From: a virus
IMG/VR virus record: IMGVR_UViG_3300017991_000008
Location: 16,524-80,523 of that record
Direction: 5' to 3' (one strand)
Length of the DNA stretch: 64,000 nt
Part shown: positions 1 to 8,111 of the stretch, piece after piece
Layout of the letters: every line of letters starts with the position of its first letter
Position numbering within the stretch: position 1 is the stretch's first letter
Position numbers and translations under genes: made by a program
Notes under the pieces: model-generated
Databases searched by the model: none
What the model saw: the letters and a program-made list of their open reading frames with translations, nothing else
Told to the model about the DNA's origin: nothing

Positions 1-420
1 GAGGTGGAGGGTACCGAGGAAGAAGAGGAGGAACGCACCGTTCTTTCTGTGGTTCTCGAACCCAACGACGGCGAAGACGGAGCCCCGCTGTCCCCTGATA
101 CCCAGGGTGACATTTACAGCAAAGAGGCGGTTAAGAACACAGCTTGGGGCTGGATGGAAAAGGGTGGCAAGATCGGCTTAATGCATCAGTTAGATGTGTC
201 CGAGAAGGTAGCCGTTCTTGAAAGCTACGTAGCCTTGTCTGATATCGTAATTGAGGAGGGAACCAAAAATTACACCATTAGAAAGGGTTCCTGGGTGCTG
301 CGGTTGAGAATCTACGATGATCTCCTATGGAAGAAGGCCAAGGACGGAACCCTGGGGGCGTTTTCAGTGGGTGGTACTGCTCAGGTTGAATATCTCGAAG
401 AAGACGGGTCGGAGGAATAG
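1..420 (+). CDS. xkdF: XkdF-like prohead serine protease (5'-truncated by window)
   Basis: VVLEP..D.QGD.Y...MH...VLESY...KGSW.L...W..AKDG.LGAFSVGG pattern; position just before scaffold and capsid; frame open to base 1. Confidence 0.8.
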   Translation, partial: EVEGTEEEEEERTVLSVVLEPNDGEDGAPLSPDTQGDIYSKEAVKNTAWGWMEKGGKIGLMHQLDVSEKVAVLESYVALSDIVIEEGTKNYTIRKGSWVLRLRIYDDLLWKKAKDGTLGAFSVGGTAQVEYLEEDGSEE

Positions 421-423
421 CAG

Positions 424-1485
424 ATGGGCACAAATAAAAAACCGAAAAAGCGTCTTGTCTCTATGGATACCGAAGAAGTTTCCCTGGTTAACATGGGAGC
501 CAACGGTCATAAAGAGTGGTTATTGGTAAAGGTAGATGAAGAGACTGTTAAGGCTGTACCTGGCTCAGACGCTTCGGATGAGGATAAAAGGGCGGCACAA
601 CAGACCAGGGCACAAAAATATGGCATTGAAGCCCTTGAATCCGGTGCAAACCTATCCTACCCAAGCGGGGATCCCACCACGGAGTCCCTGTACGGCGATC
701 CAGTGAACCTTAAATATCCTCTAGGGTACACAGCCAATACTCGGGACGCGGGACGTATACGGAACGCTATATCACGTTTCAAAGGGAATCACGGATCATA
801 TTCGAAGGACACCAGCAAGGCCAGGATATACGAAAGGATTGTTCGGGCTGCGCTAGCCGAGGATATCGACGTGTCCTATGACCCCGAAGATGAAATCGAT
901 AAATTACTTCCAGCCGATCTAAAAACCAGGTTGGCCAAAGATGAAGAAGATACAGGAAAAGAAGACGATACCAATGAAGATGCAGGCAGTCCACCAGCAT
1001 CGCCTGAAGGGGAGCCTTCCAACGAAACGACTTCTAAATCGGGACAGGGAACCGACCTCGTCGCCGATTTTAAAACCGGGCTCGAGAAATCACGGCAAAC
1101 GCTTGCCCGTGTACAAGCTCTCGCCAAGGCTCGGGAGTTAAAGGAACAGGCACTCCAGGCGATAGAGGCTGTTAAAAAGGCATCCGTTGATAATGGTCCA
1201 AGCAGTCCAAAGAACGAGGTCGGTAAGGATGAACCGGAAAGGGTAGATACGGAGAAGGCCGAGCTCAAGAAGCAGGCATCCGATCAGGCCGCCGAAATCC
1301 AGCGTTTGAAGAAGGAATTAAAAAAGGAAAAGGCAAAAAAGTCAAGGGTGAGCACAGCAATCGGAATGTCTCAGTCCCTCCAAACCAGGGAAATCATTCA
1401 GACTGCAAAGGGCCAGGAGGAACAGGGAGAAGAGAGCAATCTATTCGATTTGTCGCCACCACTTGAGAAAGTTAAAGGAGATTAG
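424..1485 (+). CDS. Head scaffolding / prohead-protease-associated protein
   Basis: N-terminal EVSLV..GAN motif as in XkdF C-termini, YGDPVNLKYPL domain, acidic linker, C-terminal coiled coil; directly upstream of capsid; GGAGG SD. Confidence 0.65.
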   Translation: MGTNKKPKKRLVSMDTEEVSLVNMGANGHKEWLLVKVDEETVKAVPGSDASDEDKRAAQQTRAQKYGIEALESGANLSYPSGDPTTESLYGDPVNLKYPLGYTANTRDAGRIRNAISRFKGNHGSYSKDTSKARIYERIVRAALAEDIDVSYDPEDEIDKLLPADLKTRLAKDEEDTGKEDDTNEDAGSPPASPEGEPSNETTSKSGQGTDLVADFKTGLEKSRQTLARVQALAKARELKEQALQAIEAVKKASVDNGPSSPKNEVGKDEPERVDTEKAELKKQASDQAAEIQRLKKELKKEKAKKSRVSTAIGMSQSLQTREIIQTAKGQEEQGEESNLFDLSPPLEKVKGD

Positions 1486-1487
1486 AA

Positions 1488-2432
1488 ATGGCCCAAAGCA
1501 ATAACGAAATCCTCCGTAAAGCCCAAATGGCGCTTGGAGATTTGGACAACGGTGGGAAGTTGCCACCGAACGTAGCAACCAAATTCATCAAAGACACGGC
1601 TGCCGACGCTCCTCTTCTTCGGATGATGAGAACGGTAAAAATGCCGGAGCCCGAGATGAAGATTCCCAAGATCACCATCGTGGGCAGGGTAGCCCATGCG
1701 GTGGCCGCAGGAACCGCACTTCCCGAAGAGGACCGGACAGCTCCAGTCACCTCAGAGGTGAGTGTCACCACCGAAGAGATGGTGGCAGAGGTTCCCCTCA
1801 ATGATTCAATCATCGAAGACAACGTGGAGAAGAAGGGGCTTTGGAAGGTTGTGGAAGCCCTCATGCGAGCTCAGATTGCAGTGGACGTCCAGGAGAACTT
1901 CGTCTCGGGTGACACCGACGACGCAGATCCTGACCTCGCACTCTTCAACGGCTTGATCAAGTTGATCACGTCAAACAACGTACCGGCCGCAGCACAACCC
2001 TGGTCCGTCGATCTGGCAGAACAGACAATGTCCGTTCTTCCCGAGAAGTACCTGGACAGGGACGAGATGAACATGCGCTTCCTAGGCGCTGCCAAGACAG
2101 AGCGCAAGTACAGGAAGAGTCTCGTTGACAGAGAAACCGCCCTCGGAGATCTTCTTCTCGAGAAAAAGAAGGGATCGTCTCCCATGGGGATCCAGATGGT
2201 CAACATCCAGGGATGGCCGACCTCCTACGAGGGAACCGCAAACCGAACCGTCGAGATCCTGATGAACCCGAAACAGTTCATCGGTGGCTGGCACAGAGAC
2301 ATCTACCTGGAGTTCGAGCGTTCAGCACGATCTCGCCTCACCACCATGGTCTTCTCCTACAGAGTGGGCTGTGCACTTGAGGAGGAAAAGGCAACCGCAA
2401 GTTGTACCAACGTGCAGGTTCCCACATCCTAA
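1488..2432 (+). CDS. Major capsid protein (HK97 fold, XkdG-like)
   Basis: 314 aa; GGKLPP..A.KFI, E-loop region, LFNGLIKL, P-domain-like C-terminus; position after scaffold; biased codon usage. Confidence 0.85.
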   Translation: MAQSNNEILRKAQMALGDLDNGGKLPPNVATKFIKDTAADAPLLRMMRTVKMPEPEMKIPKITIVGRVAHAVAAGTALPEEDRTAPVTSEVSVTTEEMVAEVPLNDSIIEDNVEKKGLWKVVEALMRAQIAVDVQENFVSGDTDDADPDLALFNGLIKLITSNNVPAAAQPWSVDLAEQTMSVLPEKYLDRDEMNMRFLGAAKTERKYRKSLVDRETALGDLLLEKKKGSSPMGIQMVNIQGWPTSYEGTANRTVEILMNPKQFIGGWHRDIYLEFERSARSRLTTMVFSYRVGCALEEEKATASCTNVQVPTS

Positions 2433-2501
2433 TTAACTGAAATTAATTAGGTGGATTGGAAGCGGAAAAAAAGAAGGCCAATAGGCCAGGAGGAATAACA
2501 A

Positions 2502-3125
2502 ATGATTACGAATGTCTTGAAACGTAAAGAAGGTGACTTGTGTGCCAACCTTCAAACGTACGCCCATAAAATAAAATTCACGGGCGATGCCACCTACCCA
2601 GACGGTGGAACCCCTGGATTCGTTGCAACCCTGCAGGCCGCTGTTGGGTTGAAGATCACCCCCATTGAGGTTATCGCCATCAACTGCGGCGCCTACAAGA
2701 CCCAGGTAACCGAAACGCCAGCCATTGTCCAGACCGACGTGGAGACATGGCCAGTGGCAGACCAGGATGGCAACACCATTCTGTACAAGCTCAACGGAGC
2801 AGACGAGGCGACGTTGACACTGTCCGGCGCTCACACTACGAGAGCACAGTTGGCAGCATCCCTAGAGGCCATTTCCGGGATCCACGCCTACGATGACGGA
2901 GCACAGGTGACTTTCAAGACCGATGAGGTCGGCGAAGGGGCCTCTCTTGAAATCACAGGTGGAACCGCGTTAGCCGCCTACGGGCTTGTCGCGGGCAACA
3001 ACATCGGAAGCGATGAGCTGTTGCTCAGGGTCAACGACATCGCAGATGGTGCAGATGCCGGGGTTGGAGCCGCCTCAACTGACCTTAGTGGCACAGTTTT
3101 CGAAGTCCTGGTAATCTCGAACTAG
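2502..3125 (+). CDS. Putative head decoration/virion protein carrying the repeated virion module
   Basis: Strong AGGAGG SD, follows capsid; PVADQxGNT module shared with sheath. Confidence 0.6.
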   Translation: MITNVLKRKEGDLCANLQTYAHKIKFTGDATYPDGGTPGFVATLQAAVGLKITPIEVIAINCGAYKTQVTETPAIVQTDVETWPVADQDGNTILYKLNGADEATLTLSGAHTTRAQLAASLEAISGIHAYDDGAQVTFKTDEVGEGASLEITGGTALAAYGLVAGNNIGSDELLLRVNDIADGADAGVGAASTDLSGTVFEVLVISN

Positions 3126-3142
3126 AGTGCCGGGAAAGGCTT

Positions 3143-3214
3143 GGGAGAGGGGCCGGGGGTAAAACAGACCATTTGCCCTGTGCCCGGCCCCTTCTCTCAT
3201 TATCACAGGGCAAA
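3143..3214 (+). ncRNA. Structured intergenic RNA element (interleaved helices, pseudoknot or switch)
   Basis: 3143-3157 pairs with 3183-3198; 3172-3182 pairs perfectly with 3204-3214. Confidence 0.5.
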
Positions 3215-3237
3215 ACGACGGGGCAAGGAGTCGAACC

Positions 3238-3897
3238 ATGGGCGAAATGATTTTCGCAGCTCGAATGAAAGAGTACAACAAGAAGAAAAATTACCTGCGG
3301 AGGAATACCATCATCTTGGGACGCCACTATACCGCTGGTGATGCTACCAAGGGACAAAAGTTCATCCCGTCTCCTTTTGTTATCATAACGAAGGAGGAAG
3401 CCAAGGAACTGTTGAAACGGCACGAAGACCGTACCTGGGAACACCATCAACCGGGAAATCCTCACATTCCGATCTTTGACGTGTTCAAGGTTGGTACCGT
3501 GGAGGAATTAATGGAGTTGGCCCAGAGCGAAGCCGACCACCGTTCCTCCCAGGGAGGTTCTGGAGCCCGTGCTCTAATAGCTGGCCAAGTGGCTAAGATT
3601 TTGGCAGACAAACCGACTGCTGCTTTGCGCAATCCCAGACAGGTGGATGATGAAGAGCCACCGGAGCCAAAGGCCAAGATCGATTCTGTGGAGACGAAAG
3701 AGGAAAAGACGGATCCAGATCCGTTTGGTGATGAGCCCACTCCCATAGAGGGAACGGAATCAGATACCGAAACCGAACCAGAGGAAAAGGTCGCAGAACC
3801 AGAGGTGAAAAAACCTGCTCCAAAGTCAAAATCGAAGGCCAAACCAAAGTCCAAGGGCAAGGCTAAAAACACTGGTAGAGCAGCGAAGAAGAAGTAG
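3238..3897 (+). CDS. Hypothetical virion-associated protein, acidic linker and Lys-rich tail
   Basis: ORF with AAGGAG SD; C-terminal KKPAPKSKSKAKPKSKGKAK. Confidence 0.65.
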   Translation: MGEMIFAARMKEYNKKKNYLRRNTIILGRHYTAGDATKGQKFIPSPFVIITKEEAKELLKRHEDRTWEHHQPGNPHIPIFDVFKVGTVEELMELAQSEADHRSSQGGSGARALIAGQVAKILADKPTAALRNPRQVDDEEPPEPKAKIDSVETKEEKTDPDPFGDEPTPIEGTESDTETEPEEKVAEPEVKKPAPKSKSKAKPKSKGKAKNTGRAAKKK

Positions 3898-3946
3898 CCC
3901 CTTAGTGATCCGTCCCCAGAGGGACTCAGGAGGTAAGTAGGAGTGG

Positions 3947-4312
3947 ATGGAGCTAAGGAACCCACTATCGAGATTTCAACTAGATGCCCTGCGGCCCAGG
4001 CCGCTGGTCATCGAAATCTCTGACTCTGATTACCCAGGTCCAATCTTGCTAGGGAGAGTCCCCGAAGGTTATATCGTTCGAGAAACCATTGTAGAGATCA
4101 TAGAAAGCTTCAACGATGGCGTAGGGATCACGGTTGGTGACCCCGTGGCCCATGCAAGACTGCAAGCAATAGGCGATAATCATCCAACGGTGGAAGATTA
4201 TTACAATGTCAACAATTGTTACCAATACGATGCGGCAACGAATCTTTTTGTGTATTTTCCAACTGGAATACCGACCAAAGGTTATGCTAGAGTAATCGTA
4301 TATCTCAATTAA
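3947..4312 (+). CDS. Putative beta-sandwich virion decoration protein
   Basis: VPEG..V.E..VEI.ESF..G.GITVG pattern, similar to the C-terminus of 4338..5174. Confidence 0.55.
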   Translation: MELRNPLSRFQLDALRPRPLVIEISDSDYPGPILLGRVPEGYIVRETIVEIIESFNDGVGITVGDPVAHARLQAIGDNHPTVEDYYNVNNCYQYDAATNLFVYFPTGIPTKGYARVIVYLN

Positions 4313-4337
4313 TCCCGAAAGGGAGAAGGAGTAGAAA

Positions 4338-5174
4338 ATGTCATGGTTTGAAAAAATTAAAGGAACGCTGGAATCGTTCTTCCATCTGAATGGACCAAAC
4401 GGTCCGGGACTGCGGGACAGCAGTGGGGTTATCGAGGCAAGGAATTCTGCCAATGATGCGTATACGCAACTTCGAGCAGAAGACATTCCTTCATCTGGTT
4501 CAGATCTTCACGATCTGATCAACTTGCTGATGGCAAGAGGCCGGATAGCGGACATTGAATTTTCATTTGATGGCGCTAGCCCTCCTTCGCCAGGAGCCAA
4601 CAACAACAAGTTCGGCTTCTGTCATACCAGTGGCGGTTCTTATACGGCCGGTGACATTGTCTACGACAACGGTACCACCCTCCAGACTCTACCATCTAAC
4701 GTAGCAACACACCTCACCACACGGTCAGCGGTTACCGGCACGATAAGTCTCATTCAGAATGGTCTGTATGGACGGGAAGGTGCCACGTGGACTCTCAAGG
4801 GCGATGGTACTCCCACCCAACAGGGGCACGATCTCACAATCGAGGTTGCTTATGCTTATTCCGACAACGGTACCCCTGTTTCCTCCACCACTAGCGTTCC
4901 TGACGGGGCGAGAGTGACCAGGGTTACAAACGAAGTGGAAATCGCGTTTGATGGCAGCAGCCCGAATATTCAGGTGGACATCGACGGTACCAGTGACGAA
5001 ACAATCATGGCAACAGGTGATTCAAACGTAAAGAAGGTGAACGAGTACTCTGTACCACAGAGAACACCTATCACCTCAAGCACAGAGGGTCCTGTGAAGG
5101 TAACAGTTACTTCTGACGGATCCACAGCCGGTTCTGGTAAGGTGCTGGTCCACTACGTAACACCGTTGCCATAG
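4338..5174 (+). CDS. Putative virion structural protein
   Basis: Ser/Thr/Gly-rich beta protein; SD GGAG; C-terminal domain resembles 3947..4312. Confidence 0.6.
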   Translation: MSWFEKIKGTLESFFHLNGPNGPGLRDSSGVIEARNSANDAYTQLRAEDIPSSGSDLHDLINLLMARGRIADIEFSFDGASPPSPGANNNKFGFCHTSGGSYTAGDIVYDNGTTLQTLPSNVATHLTTRSAVTGTISLIQNGLYGREGATWTLKGDGTPTQQGHDLTIEVAYAYSDNGTPVSSTTSVPDGARVTRVTNEVEIAFDGSSPNIQVDIDGTSDETIMATGDSNVKKVNEYSVPQRTPITSSTEGPVKVTVTSDGSTAGSGKVLVHYVTPLP

Positions 5175-5181
5175 GGTTTAG

Positions 5182-5664
5182 GTGGGGTTCTGGGACAAAT
5201 TATCCGGCACCCTTGAATCATGGTTTGGCTTAGGGAGTGATACGGAAATAGCCGTCGGCATGGATGGCTCTGGAAATCTACGTTTCAAAGACAAAAACGT
5301 AGTTGGAGAGCCATCCTTGTCGGATCTTGTCGCTGGTGGCAGTGGGGGAATAACAGCAGAGCAACACAAAGTTCTTAGACAGCTTATTCATTTTATTGAT
5401 GATGGACCGGCAGAGGGATTTCTGAGCGGGGCATATCGAGAAATAACAGGACCTTTGGTTTTTCCGACGGGTGTTACCTGGTACGAGAGTTCGGACAAAT
5501 TAAAGAAGATAGTGGAACGCACAATTACCTGGACCGGACCATTTATCACAGTAGATGTTTGGAAAGTGTACAATACGGACGGTTCGACAGTAATCGCTAC
5601 AGTGACAGATTCCATTTCCTACATAGGTGCATTTGAAGACGAAAGAACAAGGACAATAGCATGA
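5182..5664 (+). CDS. Putative virion protein, N-terminus paralogous to 4338..5174
   Basis: GTG start; FWDKLSGTLESWFGL vs WFEKIKGTLESFFHL. Confidence 0.6.
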   Translation: MGFWDKLSGTLESWFGLGSDTEIAVGMDGSGNLRFKDKNVVGEPSLSDLVAGGSGGITAEQHKVLRQLIHFIDDGPAEGFLSGAYREITGPLVFPTGVTWYESSDKLKKIVERTITWTGPFITVDVWKVYNTDGSTVIATVTDSISYIGAFEDERTRTIA

Positions 5665-6365
5665 GCGGATTATCACCTGCTTCTATTTTGTACGACGCCA
5701 GTGGCAATGCTGTTGGGGTTGTTCAGGATGGATCCATTTATCGACTTCAATCGGATTCCAAGATCGCCAAGAAAGTCACGTCAGGAGATTTGGAGCACCT
5801 TAGAGTCTTGGACGATACCGGTTCGATAAAGGCTACACTGTACAACCCTGACGGAAGTGCGGTTAGTTTCGCCGCGGCTCCGGACGATCCGACCGGCATT
5901 AAGTGTGATTTTTTTCGACGTGCTTTAGCAATTGGAGACAATTCTGATTTGAGAGTTGACGGCTCGACGACTCCGGTCGATTTTACGTTTGAGGCTATTG
6001 CAGATTATGAGCTAATTATTAACGAAGTTGGTTTTGTCATGGCGGCTAGGCGTATTGTTGCTGGTTCCGAGAAGTTTGCCGGGTTAAGTGCTCTTGTGAA
6101 TGGTGTCATTTGTATTTATTACAACGGAACAGCGGAACTTGAGATGGATCGATTAAATGTAAATGAAGATTTTATGCACTTTGCAAGCCCCGGAGGTTAC
6201 AACTTCTGGCCTCTTAACAAGGATCAAATCATAGCCCAAAGGTATTTAAATGGAGTCATCAGATTGGCTGCGGATTCAACGGAAAAACTGATTCTTCGAA
6301 TTGCGGACGATTTGGCATCTGGAATCGATTATTTTAAATGTCGAGTCAAGGCTGTTGCGAGGTAA
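5661..6365 (+). CDS. Hypothetical virion protein
   Basis: ATGA overlap with upstream gene; beta-rich composition; in head-accessory block. Confidence 0.6.
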   Translation: MSGLSPASILYDASGNAVGVVQDGSIYRLQSDSKIAKKVTSGDLEHLRVLDDTGSIKATLYNPDGSAVSFAAAPDDPTGIKCDFFRRALAIGDNSDLRVDGSTTPVDFTFEAIADYELIINEVGFVMAARRIVAGSEKFAGLSALVNGVICIYYNGTAELEMDRLNVNEDFMHFASPGGYNFWPLNKDQIIAQRYLNGVIRLAADSTEKLILRIADDLASGIDYFKCRVKAVAR

Positions 6366-6368
6366 AGG

Positions 6369-7253
6369 ATGCCCACAAAAGTAGAAGGTATAAATTCAGA
6401 TAACTATGGAAATCAGAAGATCTCCATGTCTCCTCCAGCCGGTAGCAGAGTAGATGTTTTGTCAGTGGATTGGTGTGACAAGACAACTTGGTGGCCCGAG
6501 TCAAGTAGGATAGAGAACGAAACACTTTCTGACAGTGGAGATGGGCTGACCTTTAACAGTGTGAACCCCTTTTGGATATGCACCACGAGGGGAAGGATAA
6601 CGGGGGAAGATCATCTCAATGGGGATTATGTGCCAGTCGTGAAAGCCAATGGCGTTGAACAACAAGAGGACGAACCTTTTGGGGGAGACACTCACGATTT
6701 CTCAGTTAACTATGAAGACGGTTCGGTTACGTTCCATGAGGAGCCAGCGACACCGATTGTAGCGACCTATTCCAAGGCCAATGGCTCAAACACAGTTATT
6801 AAGCCCAAAGAAAACAAGATAATCAGACTAACAAAAGTGGAGGTTCAATTTTCTCAAGACATTGTCTTGACCGACGCCATTACGTTCCAGGCGTGGGGCT
6901 ATGTTGATGTGTTCGCGCCGGAACTCTTAACCACAGCAGACCCCCCTGGGCCATACCCACCCGGAACTCTAATTCCCATAAATAACGCGACGATTTATAA
7001 GACTATGCTCGATTACATCAACGAAGCTGCTGGTAGCTATCCAGTGATCCCAGCAATGGGAGGATCGAACAGGGGCACATCTCAGCCTATTCATATTTAT
7101 CGCTGGCCATATGCTGACCGTGCATCAACGGATCTGATAGCGTCTTACGGCATGGAAATTCGTTGTGGTTTACAAAACAACATACCATTTGAGGGGGAAC
7201 ACGCGGTTGCTACCTTTTACGGTATTTCATTGGATGAGCAAAGTTCTGGGTAG
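6369..7253 (+). CDS. Hypothetical virion protein
   Basis: Contiguous ORF in structural operon; NYEDGSVTF..P.T.I.ATY motif typical of phage structural domains. Confidence 0.6.
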   Translation: MPTKVEGINSDNYGNQKISMSPPAGSRVDVLSVDWCDKTTWWPESSRIENETLSDSGDGLTFNSVNPFWICTTRGRITGEDHLNGDYVPVVKANGVEQQEDEPFGGDTHDFSVNYEDGSVTFHEEPATPIVATYSKANGSNTVIKPKENKIIRLTKVEVQFSQDIVLTDAITFQAWGYVDVFAPELLTTADPPGPYPPGTLIPINNATIYKTMLDYINEAAGSYPVIPAMGGSNRGTSQPIHIYRWPYADRASTDLIASYGMEIRCGLQNNIPFEGEHAVATFYGISLDEQSSG

Positions 7254-7256
7254 ACG

Positions 7257-7832
7257 ATGGGCAGATATGTTCAAATAGGCTCCGAGGTAATAGACCAGTT
7301 CCCCGTCTTCGATGAGGACGGGTATTCTAAGGTCTCAGGGGTGGTCGATTTTGATCCTACGATATGGAAGGACGGCGTGGAGCAGGCTGTTACGCCTACC
7401 ATCACAGAGATTGACAGCTCGGGTGAATATAAAATATCGTTCACGCCGGACGCTGTGGGTGTTTGGGTTGCGGAAGTGCTCATCCCATTAAATAAGCAGA
7501 TATGGGGAAACCAGTACAATGTGCACCTCGGTTCAGAGGAAGACGGAGAAATGCGGTTCTCAATGGCAGATGATGGGAACCATATCACCATGCTCTGCTG
7601 GCTCGAGGTGGATGGACAACGTGTTACCACGCTGACCGAAGTAGCCGCCCAGATCAAGGACAAGGATGGGCTTGTGAAAGACCTGGGGACAAACGATTCC
7701 CCGGACGCGGACGGTGTGTTCTCGTTCGTATCCGATTCGGATTTGACAACACACCATGCATATTTTATTTCCGTTCAGGGGACGGATGGCAGTCGAACGT
7801 GGTACGCTAATAAAGGGTTCGCTACGGGATAG
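7257..7832 (+). CDS. Hypothetical virion protein (Ig-like strands)
   Basis: SGEYKISFTPDAVGVW filamin/Ig-like pattern. Confidence 0.55.
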   Translation: MGRYVQIGSEVIDQFPVFDEDGYSKVSGVVDFDPTIWKDGVEQAVTPTITEIDSSGEYKISFTPDAVGVWVAEVLIPLNKQIWGNQYNVHLGSEEDGEMRFSMADDGNHITMLCWLEVDGQRVTTLTEVAAQIKDKDGLVKDLGTNDSPDADGVFSFVSDSDLTTHHAYFISVQGTDGSRTWYANKGFATG

Positions 7833-7840
7833 GAAAATGA

Positions 7841-8110
7841 ATGCCTGGCTCGGTCATACTCTCAGACGATTTTTGGCTACTGGGTCCGAGCTTTGCACAT
7901 TACATCGAAACCGATTTAAAGCCAGAGGGTATAGGGGTTGAAAATATGAGACCGGATTCCGTGGATGCAGAGAACATGAGACCCCAGTCTGTGTCCGTTT
8001 CGTTTGATGATGCGGATTACAGACCGAGATCAGCAACGGCCAAGGAGTTGAAGCCAATAGGGCGAACTCGAAACCTGAGACCCAAGAGCAAGAAAGTTGA
8101 GGAGACTTAA
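7841..8110 (+). CDS. Small protein with periodic (M/Y/L)(R/K)P repeats
   Basis: AGGA SD; ENMRP twice, DYRP, ELKP, NLRP. Confidence 0.5.
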   Translation: MPGSVILSDDFWLLGPSFAHYIETDLKPEGIGVENMRPDSVDAENMRPQSVSVSFDDADYRPRSATAKELKPIGRTRNLRPKSKKVEET

Positions 8111-8111
8111 G

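Noticed and set aside
3898-3935. Intrinsic terminator after gene 3238 (GTCCC-CAGA-GGGAC)
   Set aside because: Short stem with no U-tract; insufficient support.
3462-3965. Minus-strand Ser/Phe-rich ORF, and similar antisense ORFs throughout (e.g. 876..1268, 37155..37565, 47606..48163)
   Set aside because: Antisense shadows of biased + strand genes, with no SD or motifs; the window is uniformly + strand.
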